DNA from: Octopus bimaculoides
Taxonomy: Eukaryota
NCBI RefSeq assembly: GCF_001194135.2
Contig: NC_068984.1
Span: 134,906,374 to 134,939,884 of the forward strand
Direction of reading: 5' to 3'
DNA: 33,511 bases
The stretch's first letter is position 1, and every line of letters begins with the position of its first letter. Positions 11,264 to 22,020 of this stretch are shown in pieces. The notes under the pieces are model-generated. The model was not told the origin of the DNA and searched no databases. It was given only the letters and a program-made list of their open reading frames with translations. Both the position numbers and the translations under genes were made by a program.

Positions 11264-11493
11264 GGCGGCGAGCTGGCAGAAACGTTAGCACGCCGGGCGA
11301 AATGCTTAGCGGTATTTCGTCTGCCGCTACGTTCTGAGTTCAAATTCCACCGAGGTCGACTTTGCCTTTCATCCTTTCGGGGTCGATTAAATAAGTACTA
11401 GTTACGCACTGGGGTCGATATAATCGACTTATCCGTTTGTCTGTCTTTGTTTGTCCCCTCTGTGTGTAGCCCCTTGTGGGTAGTAAAGAAATA
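11264..11493 (+). mobile_element. SINE-A, near full-length tRNA-derived SINE
   Basis: Head GGCGGCGAGCTGGCAGAAACGTTAG, B box GAGTTCAAATTCC, central GTCGACTTTGCCTTTCATCCTTTCGGGGTCGAT, GTCGAT-ATA-ATCGAC hairpin, tail TAGTAAAGAAATA. Possible TSD ACACATATATA (11250-11260 / 11494-11504). Confidence 0.92.
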
Positions 11494-11584
11494 ACACATA
11501 TATATATACAGATAGCCACATACATGCATGCATAAATACATACATATATATACATATACGTAAATATATCTATCTCTCTCTCTC

Positions 11585-11621
<37 letters not shown>

Positions 11622-12075
11622 ATGTAAAATTGCACACACACACGTCACATTATCAACCTCATTTCTGCATATGATCGTCAACATATATAGATATATTTTG
11701 TTACATGCATCCACATTTCCTTCCTTTCCCTCTATCTTCCTTTCCCTCTATCCTAGATAGAACTGTAGTCTCACCTAGTTTCTAAACCATAGTCTTTTTA
11801 GCCCTTTACCTCACTCTTATGTCCTTTGTTCACTTTTTATACAAAATTTCCCTTTGTCTAACATTCGAAACGTTACCACACCCTCTCCATTGCATCACTA
11901 ACCTAATACTATGTTTGTCAACCTTTGCTCTTGCTGTTTTGTATTTTTTGATATTAATTTCTGTCTCCTTCAATGCACACGCACCACCCACCCCTAAAAC
12001 ACATTTGTATCGTTCTAATCCAATATTACGATGTATTTACATTTAGTACGCTACACCGACAGCAAATGATAAATA

Positions 12076-12358
12076 CACAGCGTGTCCCAGAAAGATTTAC
12101 CCATGTTTTAAACTCTTCCCCAAAATATCGGTTCATGTTATTTTATCTACATTTTGCATAAAGATTTGTACATGTCTTTTGTTACTCTTTCTATTGTTTC
12201 GTTTGTCTATAACAGATTTGTAATCAAAGATGGCGTCGAAAGCAAAACGTGGCCAGATTGTCACTTTGAAAATATATGGAGTCAGCAACAAGGACATAAC
12301 AAAACAATGTTCAATACCTGAAAACAATACATGGAGTCTGCTACCACGAGATTTGTTC

Positions 12359-12360
<2 letters not shown>
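12076..12360 (+). mobile_element. Tc1/mariner 5' fragment (left TIR plus transposase N-terminus)
   Basis: TA|CACAGCGTGTCCCAGAAA is a TIR-like start. ORF from 12230, MASKAKRGQIVTLKIYGVSNKDITKQ, resembles an HTH N-terminus. Cut off at (TG)n 12361-12400. Confidence 0.55.
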
Positions 12361-12404
<44 letters not shown>

Positions 12405-12419
12405 CTAGATGTATCCATG

Positions 12420-13110
12420 AGCCGTTGAATCACAACCATTCAAGATGAAAATGTCAATGCGCGGCGGCACAGGAAAAAATACTATTTCGAACTTCATGCA
12501 ACAAAATCCTTAAATAATAAAGTTCTCCTGTCTTTGGTGCGACAATGTAAACACGACCAAGTGTTTCCTCTTTGAGAATATTGAAAAGGCTTTCAAATTT
12601 TTTCCTTGCTTTCTTCTCTGCAATTCTCTTTTACCACTGTTCCAAGTGAAATACATGGGTAGTTCAACATAAAATAATGTTAATGCAAAGTCATCATTGA
12701 TGCACAATGAAAATAATTCTGTCAATGTTGTTCTCATATATCGTTCGTTGACAGCCATATCCTCATTATTTCTGAGTATTATTCTATGTTCATGTGGTAG
12801 ATGAACATAGATGTAGCAGGTGTTCTTTCGTGAATTAAAATGTATGCAACTGCTTCAGTTAATCCACTGTACCTATTGGCTCATTTCGTTATCATTGTGT
12901 AGTTGTTGAACAGCAGTTTGGTTATTTCCCTTCAGCGTGTACTTGATGACGTATTACAGTGGAACTTGAATGCTCTTAAAAGAGTTTCATTAACAGGCAC
13001 AACACATTTGTTGTTGATTGTTTTTCCATTCTTATGAAATTCAACTCTTCCCATTGCAACTGATCTTCGTCTAAAGAGATAGATTCTCTGTCTATCTTTT
13101 TTTTCTCTTT
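12420..13110 (-). mobile_element. Helitron RepHel remnant (region between the Rep and helicase domains)
   Basis: Minus-strand peptides in order: YLFRRRS...NNKCVVPVNETLLRAFKFHCN; IHERTP..HL; TTLTELFSLCINDDFALTLFYVELPMYFTWN...RRKQGK; YYLRILLHEVRN. These match conserved Helitron blocks; frameshifted. Confidence 0.85.
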
Positions 13111-13743
13111 TGGTTAAGACGATAAAGATTAATATTTTATTTTCAATAAAATAGTAATTTTCCCCTTTAAGAAAACAAAAATCAAGTACCCGTGATTCCA
13201 AACATGTCTCATAAAAATATAGGGAGAATTTTTTTTATCTTTTAGTCCACGGCACTCGAAAGTTATATAGATGATTAAGGGAAGAAAAAAGAAAGTAAGA
13301 AAAAAAACAAGGATTAATTTTCTTAAAGGGAGAAATGGCTATTTTATTTGTAATTTTTATAATCTTAATCAAAGGGCATGAAAACACAAACTTTGAGTTT
13401 TAGTATAATATATATAGGGGGTGGGGTGGCGGGTGTATATATACGTACACACGCACGCACATATATCAAGTGGCTGGCAGAGAAACATCTTGTGATATTA
13501 TTTATTAGTTTCCTCCAAGTTCCAATATCTACAAGCTCTGAAGTTGTCCCGAGTGTTATCTGTAGCTAGTAAACAATATGCATATATGATGCACATGTGT
13601 GTATGTGTGAATGTGCGTGTGTGTGTGTGTGTGTGAGATGTCCATTTACGCAGAGAGAATATGAAGAAAGAAAAACTTACGTCAATTGATTTGGAGCATT
13701 TCGGTCTATATAAAATCAACCCAGAGTACATACCGCTAAATTA

Positions 13744-13830
13744 ACTTACTCGTTTGTGTACGCTTTCGCGCTGCGGCTAATGAATATGCTCCCTCCGTTC
13801 GTTCAGTATACGTCCTGATTATCGATCTTT
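13744..13830 (-). promoter_or_regulatory. CpG-dense patch with an E2F-type motif and a splice donor; possible TSS or first exon
   Basis: 9 CpG in about 75 bp, TTTCGCGC 13764-13771, TATCGAT 13820-13826, minus-strand GTAAGT at 13744-13749. Confidence 0.2.
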
Positions 13831-13864
13831 AAGTCTTTATATCGACTTTTAAAAATCTTTTTCA

Positions 13865-14546
13865 CTATTAGTTGTTTTAACTCATTGGACTGCAGTCATG
13901 CTGCAGAACCATTTTGTAACGCTTAGTCGAATAGATCAACCCAAGTTCTCACATTTTCGAGTATGGTACTTATTTTCTTTCCGTAGAGTCGCCAAATTAT
14001 GGGGACGCAAACAAACCAGCACCGATTGTGAAGCGGTGGTGAGCCTCCACGAAATCATACAAAAATACTATATATATATATATACACATAGGGCAAATGT
14101 GGTTTCTTTGTTGTAGTTTAAATATTAATGTTATTGTTTAATGATTCCTAGAATTAAGATTGAATAAATGTGGTAATATCTAAGGCGTGTTTGTTCCCAA
14201 AGAACACTTCTCTTAGTGCTGTTGACACCGCCGGATTGAATGATACTGCTCAGGTGTCGAAACTACAGTGATATCCGTTGGGCAGCTGATGATGGACGTG
14301 TGTTTGAGTGTTGGTTTGGGTGTTATTGTGTGTGCGGAATAGTTTTATAAGACATCCATTTTATATATTGATATATATATATATATATATATATCCGACG
14401 AGTTTTCACAAGCTTTACATCTGCCAAGTTCCTTCATAAAGCCTGACACTTTGGTGAAAGACACTTATCCAATATGAAGCGCTGTGGGATCGAAATTGAA
14501 AGCACGTAGTTGCAAGATTCTTAATCAAGTAGCCGTGCATGCACCT
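13865..14546 (-). mobile_element. SINE-B split by an insertion of about 275 bp in its central (TA)n
   Basis: 5' half 14395-14546 and 3' half 13865-14035 align, decayed, to the two halves of 30626-31010. TA tracts at 14068-14090 and 14362-14395 bracket foreign sequence. Confidence 0.7.
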
Positions 14547-14979
14547 ATGTGAATTAAACAAACAAGAACAGAAAGCTAATACACTGCACCAGTAAACATG
14601 GAATATGTAAGTCTAGTTACTCCACGAGCAACCTCGTCAGCGGCTGCTGAGTTAAAGACAGTTATATCTCAGACACAATATGAAACAGTAATTCAGTTTA
14701 GATGTGCGCAGCAAATGATTAGGTCAGAAGCGCACGCTATTTTACAGTATCACTTAATATATAATACGGAAAAAACATTTTTTTATAGAAGCGTTGATAC
14801 ACATCTCCGAATTACTAAACTGAGAGACTACAATACTGAGCACTTGGCTGCATATCGGAAAGTGAATACTAGACAGATGCACAATGATATAGGTATTATC
14901 GATAAGTGAGATAATTAATTGCAAAGATTACACAAGGAGTGAACAAGTCGTTGGTGTTGTGAAAAAATATCTATGTAGC

Positions 14980-15347
14980 CATCTCTCTGTCTGTCTGCCT
15001 GTTTCTCTCTCTATCCATATATCTATGTCTGTCGGTCAGTCAGTCTACTGGTCTGTCTGTCTGTCTGTCTGTCCATCTGTCTATCTGCTTGTCTGTCTGT
15101 CTCTCTATCTGCCTGTCTGTTTGCCTACCTGTCTACCTATTTACGTGCCTACCTTTCTATGTCTCTCTCTGTATATATTAATCTAACTAGCTGGCTAGCT
15201 AGCTGTCTGTCTACTTGTCTATGTATGTATGTACGTATGTATGTATGTATGTATGTATGTATGTATGTATGTATGTATGTATGTATGTATGTATCTATCT
15301 ATCTATCTATCTGTTTGTCTATCAGTCTGTCTATCTACCTATCTATC
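14980..15347. repeat. Compound tetranucleotide microsatellite (CTGT/CTAT/GTAT)n
   Basis: Direct periodicity. Confidence 0.93.
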
Positions 15348-16102
15348 TTTTTTTCCCCTACCATTTAGTAACTGACTTCAGTGAATGAATTTTCGAAATG
15401 AAACCAACCATCAATCAACCAAAATTGTATCCAGAACAAAATGACAAAGATTAATGAAACAGTAGAACAATGTTATTTTATCGCTTTCATGTTGCGGATA
15501 AAACAATTTATCAATTTTTACCTGAAGCTTCCTATATTGCAGGCTGTGATATATATTCATGAATTCTGTATGGAAATATTAAGCTGTATGCATACAGTTC
15601 TCTGTAATGCTTTTTTACGACGTCGAAATATAACTTAAATGTATCATGACTATGTTTGTGTGGCGTTATTCATCGTGTTTTCAAGGTTTCGGAATATAGG
15701 TTTAGCTGTTTTGTGCACTCAACTATTAAAATATGCTAAACACTGGGGTAAAATTCCAGGTTAATGACGATATTAAAAACTAAAATGGCCTTTTCAGATT
15801 TAATGGTAGAAGTTATGTCGATATTTTAGCTCATCATGATGCATGAGAATGCTTCTTCTGTTTTGTTTTGAATTTGAATAGATTCGCGCCATTGATTTCT
15901 GTTTTCTATGCAAATTGACATTTGGTCTTCCAAACAAAAACAGACACAGAAAATAAATAAATACATAAATGAATTAATTAATTGCAAATAAAAATATAAA
16001 TAAAACAGTTACAGATTTGAAGATGGTGCAGTGAATGTTCTACACAAAAAACATCTTTAAAAGAAATGACTTGAAAATAAATTGATTTCTTTTATATTTT
16101 AG

Positions 16103-16156
16103 AAAACTTGGGATTATCAAATCTTCATCTGATCGAGCAAAACTTTCCTTTTACAG
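16103..16156 (+). CDS. Candidate 54-nt internal exon of an unidentified gene (KLGIIKSSSDRAKLSFY or NLGLSNLHLIEQNFPFT)
   Basis: Acceptor TTGATTTCTTTTATATTTTAG, donor CAG|GTATGT, symmetric length, two open frames. No homology recognised. Confidence 0.35.
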
Positions 16157-16289
16157 GTATGTATAGTAAGTTTATAAATAAACATCAGAATATTATTTTG
16201 CATGGCTTTCCTGTTTTGAGAATGTATTCGAGTGTTTAATAGATATAGCTTTTCGTGATTATTATTACTGAGGCTTTTCTCTGAATATT

Positions 16290-16997
16290 TGTTTTCCTAC
16301 TAAAGTTAGTCCAGGATGAAATCAAAATGACAACATTGCTCCTATTGAGGGCATGATGATCCGCATATCACAGAAGTGTATTATGGTAATTTACAAGGAG
16401 TTACAGTATGGCGTGCCTTATAATAAGCATAATTAATTGGTCCATTCTTTTTTTGACAGTTTTGTAACCGATTGAATTTAACTTGCTGGAATAATATGTT
16501 ATGTGAAGCATGAAAGAAAAGTTTGCAAATGTGGAGTTTATTTCAAGCAAGAGGGGATAACTCCACACTACCATAGTAAATAAGGACCAGCGTTGATGTG
16601 ATTTTGGTAAATTAGTGCATCGAGCAAAGAAGTTCCATACAATATCCTCCGCGTTCACCATATTTCATGCTGCTAGAATTTTTTTTATTATATAGGGAAA
16701 CGCAAAAATCAAAGTTTATGATACGAAACTCGCGACAGTCGACGAATTTAGAGTAGACATTGAAAGAAAATGCACGCAAATCTTGTACAAAATCTTCCTC
16801 GATGTTTGTGTTTTCATTGCTTTGCATTAGCAGCAGAGTCCGAACCAGAGGTTTTATCAGTCTGAAAACAGGCATTCATAAAACAATTACATTCTTCGAT
16901 GTGTCATTTCAATTACATTTTGAACATGACTTGTTACTTAACAAACAATGAACTTGCTACACTTCAAAGTGTGTATATATATTTTTGGGACACCGTG
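16290..16997 (+). mobile_element. Decayed DD41D (rosa)-like Tc1/mariner 3' portion with right TIR
   Basis: Peptides HDDPHITEVYYGNLQGVTVWRAL...LIGPFFFD, YFKQEGITPHYH, YPPRSP, KVYDTKLATVDEF. Ends TTTTTGGGACACCGTG|TA. Confidence 0.8.
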
Positions 16998-17574
16998 TAT
17001 ACTCAATAATTCAACCTTGTGGTGACTGGGAATGCAATTGCTAGATATCCCGAGATTCAAACAAAACCGTTTACAGACATTATGAAATTTTCCAGAATTA
17101 ATTTTTAAATTTCGCAACAGATGTAAGTTTAAGGAAAATTTTGATGTCTGTATGAATCAGATTTAATTAAGAATTATTTCTGCAATAAGAAACTACGCTA
17201 GTACGTATTCAGGAAAGATCTCTGAAGTTAAAAGAGTGGTCATGACATCGAATTAATGTAGAAGAAAACGGTGATAATTATATGTAATGTATACATTTCT
17301 ATCGTAGTCTTTGTTTTATTTTGGTCTCATTATGTGAAATTGTGTTATCAATTGTCTTGCATTTCGTGCAGTGCTTGAGTTCTGTAATTCATCATAAATG
17401 TCATCTGAAGCTCGTTAATTGAATGTCTGTGTTAACCAGAATATTTGTTTACGGTGACTTGGTCACTTTGTGCGTCTCTAAACCCCCAGAAAATGTTACA
17501 ATATACCATGTTTACCTAAGTTAAATGACATTTTAAGCATCTTCAATACTGCTGTGTATACTCCCAGATACACC

Positions 17575-17576
<2 letters not shown>

Positions 17577-17662
<86 letters not shown>

Positions 17663-17690
17663 GACACGCACACACACACACACACACACA
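17577..17690. repeat. (AC)n microsatellite
   Basis: Direct periodicity. Confidence 0.97.
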
Positions 17691-17996
17691 TGCAATGCAC
17701 GCACACTGAGACTGAAATACAACCATTCTTACAACCACGTATACATTTACATAGTTGTTTAAAATCACACACTACATATGCTCAACGTATGTATTGAACA
17801 TTTTACATGTTAACAAATGCATATGCATCCATACAAACATAATCAGATTCCAGTCTGACAGACGAAATAAAAAGCGAATTGTACTGAGAAACACGCAACC
17901 GGATTATTAACGACGCACACACATATATATATTCGAAGTACGAAAATGATATACAAATGTGTATACATTATATATATGTAAATACAATTCATATAT

Positions 17997-18860
17997 GGCA
18001 TGTTGCTGCGTGTTAAGAAGTCTACTTCCCAACTTCATGGTTCCGGGTTCACTGCCACTGCGTGATACCTGTGCAAGCGTCTTCTACTATAACCTCGGGA
18101 CGACCAAAGCTTAGTGAGTGAATTTGGTAAGCGGAAACTGAAAGAAGCCCGCTGTATACACACACACCCACACATATACAGAGTTTATGTTTGAAGTTAT
18201 GTTAAAGTTTAGATAGGAGACTTTAAAATGTAGTATCCAAACCTTGTTTTGGGTATGTCCCAAGTAGTGTGCCTTGAGATCACGTTCCCTACATACGGTT
18301 TCCAGGTGTCATCTGCAGTACAGCACTTAAGTCGCAAGATCTACATAAGGAATTCCTCGGTTCTTGTTTTAGTATATTTTAAATAATTGATAAGAACGAC
18401 AGAATGTACTGTAAACTTTATTAAGCACGACGATCGTTTCAGCTGAAATCTGTACTGCTCCTTTGTGAACGCGGAACGATATAACGGAATCGAATGCACT
18501 GCAGTATGCAGAAAAAAAAACACCTCGTCAGGTTACATAATACGCTACAGTGCTATAATAAGCACATTTTGCTTCTCTGTGTGACAGCTTGTTACATATA
18601 CCTTTCCCCACCCATTAGGAAGCAGTGCGAACGTAAGCAGAAATGATTGTCGTGCTAAATAAAGCTTACAGTACGCTCTGTCTTCCCTATCAATCATCAC
18701 CGTTTGACAACCAGTCTTCGTGTCTCAGTTGTTCGGTGAAAGAGACCGATAAAATAAGTACGGGGCTGAACAAAAAGCCCTGGGGTCGATTTGTTCCCCT
18801 AAAATCCTTCAAATTCGTGTTCTAGCATGACCAGCGTTAACTGACTGAAACAAGAAAAAG
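17997..18860 (+). mobile_element. SINE-B split by about 540 bp of inserted sequence
   Basis: 5' half 17997-18158 (GGTTCCGGGTTCAC...GGAAACTGAAAGAAGCCCG) and 3' half 18701-18860 (GAGACCGATAAAATAAGTAC...CTGGGGTCGATTTG...CTGACTGAAACAAG) match 30626-31010. Confidence 0.75.
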
Positions 18861-19117
18861 TGCATCTCTGGGTCTTTCTTTAGATTCTATAGAGTACGCG
18901 TGAATTTTTTTTATTATACCAGCATCATAGCTCTTTAGTAAAATTTTCTATGGACTTACCCAAAATTATCCAGACAAAATCACGTAAAATAATGAAATAC
19001 GATGTTTGTTAAAATTATCTTTTACTGGTGTGGTTTGATTCATGGCGAGCAATAACTTATGCAGGCCGCTGGTTGGAAAAGTTTGTTCATACTTGATTTA
19101 TAGTAAACAAACACGTC

Positions 19118-19330
19118 ATATATGTATGTATGTCGTATATATGTATGTATGTTTGTATGTATGTATGTATGTATGTAAGTATGTATGTGTGTGTGTGTGT
19201 GTACGTATGTATGTATGCATGTATGTATGTATGTGTGTATGTATGCATGTATGTATGTATGTATGTATGTATGTATGTATGTATGTGTGCATGCATGAAT
19301 ACATGAATCCATCTGTCTGTTTGTCTATCT
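19118..19330. repeat. (GTAT)n / (GT)n / (CTGT)n compound microsatellite
   Basis: Direct periodicity. Confidence 0.93.
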
Positions 19331-19380
19331 GTTTGCCTGTCTGCCTCTCTTTTTCTTCTCCCCCCCTCTCACTATATATA

Positions 19381-20079
19381 CAGGGTGCGTAAGTTATTTG
19401 AAGACATATCTTTTTGGGATCATTGCTGCATTTTTTGCTCACTCTGTATAATCTTTGTTTCAGAAAATAATAATGGCAGACACTCACCTTACTCAAGAAA
19501 TGAAGTGGCATGCTGTTATTGTGGTTATAAAGGTTGAGCATAGCGATCTAGAAATATCTCGAATTTTAAAAGTTGCCAGATCTTTCGCCTATAAAGTTTC
19601 TAAGGAGTTACAGACTGAAGATGGAAACGTATCACCAGTATCAAAGCATAAAAAGCATTCTCAACACTCTGAAATCATCACCACACCTGCATTAATCCAT
19701 CAAGTTCAACAGACCATTGATTACAAGCCCATAAAGTCCATGAGGTCAACTGCAAAAGATCTCTATGTGTCAGAAGAAACAGTCAGAAATGTCGTCCACG
19801 AAGACATCAAATATAAGTCATATATGAGCGGTCAATCTACAGCCCATAATACCAAAGATTCTTTGAAAGTTGCCATAGTCAGAGTAATGCCCAAAATGAA
19901 CCAGGACCACTTGATTCGGGCATGTAGACGATCTAAATCATCTTGTTGAAGCTGAAGGTGACTTTATTGAATAACATTGTAGAAAAGAAGGTTCATTTTT
20001 ATCCTTATTGCATGTTTTGATAAATAAATTTATCTGTTATAAAATATCTGTTTTTTATAAACGTAGAACTCTCCTCAAA

Positions 20080-20080
<1 letters not shown>
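19381..20080 (+). mobile_element. Internally deleted maT/DD37D (Bmmar1-like) transposon
   Basis: TA|CAGGGTGCGTAAGTTATTTGAAG left TIR. ORF 19473-19949 (158 aa) joins the HTH region (...VSEETVRNVVHEDIKYKSY) directly to the C-terminus (HNTKDSLKVAI...LIRACRR). A frameshifted VEAEGDFIE* ends at 19974. The catalytic domain is absent. Only the inner part of the right TIR (CTCCTCAAAT) remains before (CT)n(AT)n. Confidence 0.8.
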
Positions 20081-20159
<79 letters not shown>

Positions 20160-20393
20160 AGAAATGATCCATTTCTAAATCTCACAGAGAGACTTAAGCA
20201 GCAGTGTTACGATAAAGTAGTTGTGTACTGTCAACTTAACATGACAGTTCCAATAAGAGAATTATACTGACCCGTCGTTTTTCGTCAGACGACAAGCCTG
20301 AGTGATCTGAGGTTGGGAAGGGCACGTCATGGGAGCTTTCAGTGACTATTCTTTTTGATGGTTTGTCGACAACATCCAGGTTATATCAAGATT

Positions 20394-20805
20394 CATTTCT
20401 TTATTAGGCCACGCAGGGCCGAACACAAAGGGGACAATACCATGTAGAATTTTTCTTTTCGAAACCGATCAATAGGGATCTAAAACATTTTGGGACGTTT
20501 ACGCAGAGATAACAAGGTAACGTTTTAGCAACAGAAATTCCCAAAAAGGGGAGAAAATATAACGTTGACTAGGGTTATCCGTGGATAGAAAAACCTACGA
20601 AAAAAGAAAAAAAAACCCCACGGTAACTTCGGAAAAAAAATAGACATGGAAGTAAAGCGCCATTTCTCTTTTTGTTTTATAGGTTCATGTTCAGAGTGGG
20701 TCCATCATTTATGCGTACCATCTTTGCTACATTCACCCACTTTTTATTAAACTTTTCATTAGACAAAACTTCCCTTTCTAATCTCTCCTTCCTTTTCAAG
20801 TAATA
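20394..20805 (-). mobile_element. 5'-truncated non-LTR retrotransposon, Tx1/L1-like 3' end
   Basis: Perfect 17-bp TSD CAGGTTATATCAAGATT (20377-20393, 20806-20822). Minus-strand ORF end YYLKRKERLEREVLSNEKFNKKWVNVAKMVRINDGPTLNMNL* resembles a Tx1 ORF2 C-terminus. The 3' UTR ends AATAAAGAAATG. Confidence 0.75.
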
Positions 20806-21456
20806 CAGGTTATATCAAGATTGAAATTCTACTTGGAAATACTATTTCTGATTTATTATTGTACAATAATACTTATAAATCGGGCTGTTATAGCCAATAG
20901 ATATTGCAGTATAAAATCTTCAGATATAGAAATTCTCAATTCATTTTCAATCAACTCAGTAAAGATTTAACTACGATTCATCCGCAGTATAAAATTGATC
21001 ATGAATATCCAGTTTTATTAAAAGTTATTGTAAATATGGACACACACACATGTACACATGATACAAGTATTATTCATTATATACAGGTCTTTGATAAATA
21101 TCTAATTACATATATACATATACACAAACATGCAGACACACACTCACTTACAAATTTAGATGAAATTCAATAATACAAATACGCTACATCATTCATCAGT
21201 ATTTAAAAATTAATACATATATATATGTATATGTGTGTGTATGTGTGTGTACATACGCATACTCACAATTATATACACACATTTATATACATACACATAA
21301 CAAACCTATACACACACACACGTATGTGATTTATATCCTGACATATACATATTTTAAAAGAAAACTACATTGACAACAAACAGCAAGTAGTAGCAGCAGC
21401 AGTAGTAGCAGTAGTAGTAGTAGTAGCAGTAGTAGTAGTAGCAGTAGTAGTAGTAG

Positions 21457-21796
21457 TGCTGAAACCCCCTTCGGTGATGACTGACCGTGAGATTGCAACT
21501 AGAAAGTTACCCCTCCCAGACACAAGTCCGGGCAAAGATGTTTATGGAAGACCAGCAGTCGTCCATGCATACCGGTCTCCCCTCTCCGCGCCACCAGTGT
21601 TATCCAAGGGAAAGGCAAAGGTCGATGCAGCTTGGCACCTGTGACGTCGCAACTCATTTCTACAGCCGAATGAACTCGAGCAACGTGAAATAAATGTCTT
21701 GCTTAAGAGCACAACACGTAGCCCGGTCCGGGATTCGAACTCACAACCTCACGATAGTAAGCTCGACGCTCTAACCACTGAGCCATGCACCTTCAC
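21457..21796 (-). mobile_element. SINE-C, full-length tRNA-derived (CORE-like) SINE in an (AGT)n array
   Basis: Minus-strand A box TGGCTCAGTGG, B box GAGTTCGAATCC, CORE-like CTCTTAAGCAAGACA. (AGT)n tracts on both sides (21385-21456, 21797-21855). Confidence 0.88.
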
Positions 21797-21797
21797 T

Positions 21798-21855
<58 letters not shown>

Positions 21856-21929
21856 AACATAAAATAACCAACTGTCAATACTAAAAATAATGGTTTTAGC
21901 ACAGCCGCAAACCACAAATTTAGCGTCCG

Positions 21930-22020
21930 TGCATTGTCGATTAAATCGACCCCAGCGATTGAATGGTTCTTCATGTTATGGAACCTGGAATGATGAAAGC
22001 CAAAATCGACCCGAACAGAT
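21930..22020 (-). mobile_element. SINE-A central-domain fragment
   Basis: GTCGATTAAATCGACCCCAG and GATGAAAGCCAAAATCGACC are reverse complements of SINE-A core motifs. Confidence 0.6.

Noticed and set aside
14245-14300. GAAACTACAGTG...CTGATGATGGAC type II hammerhead-like arrangement
   Set aside because: The cleavage position would be G (GUG), and stems I and II do not pair.
14598-14909. 103-aa ORF
   Set aside because: No recognisable motif, no splice support, and length compatible with chance in 33 kb across six frames.
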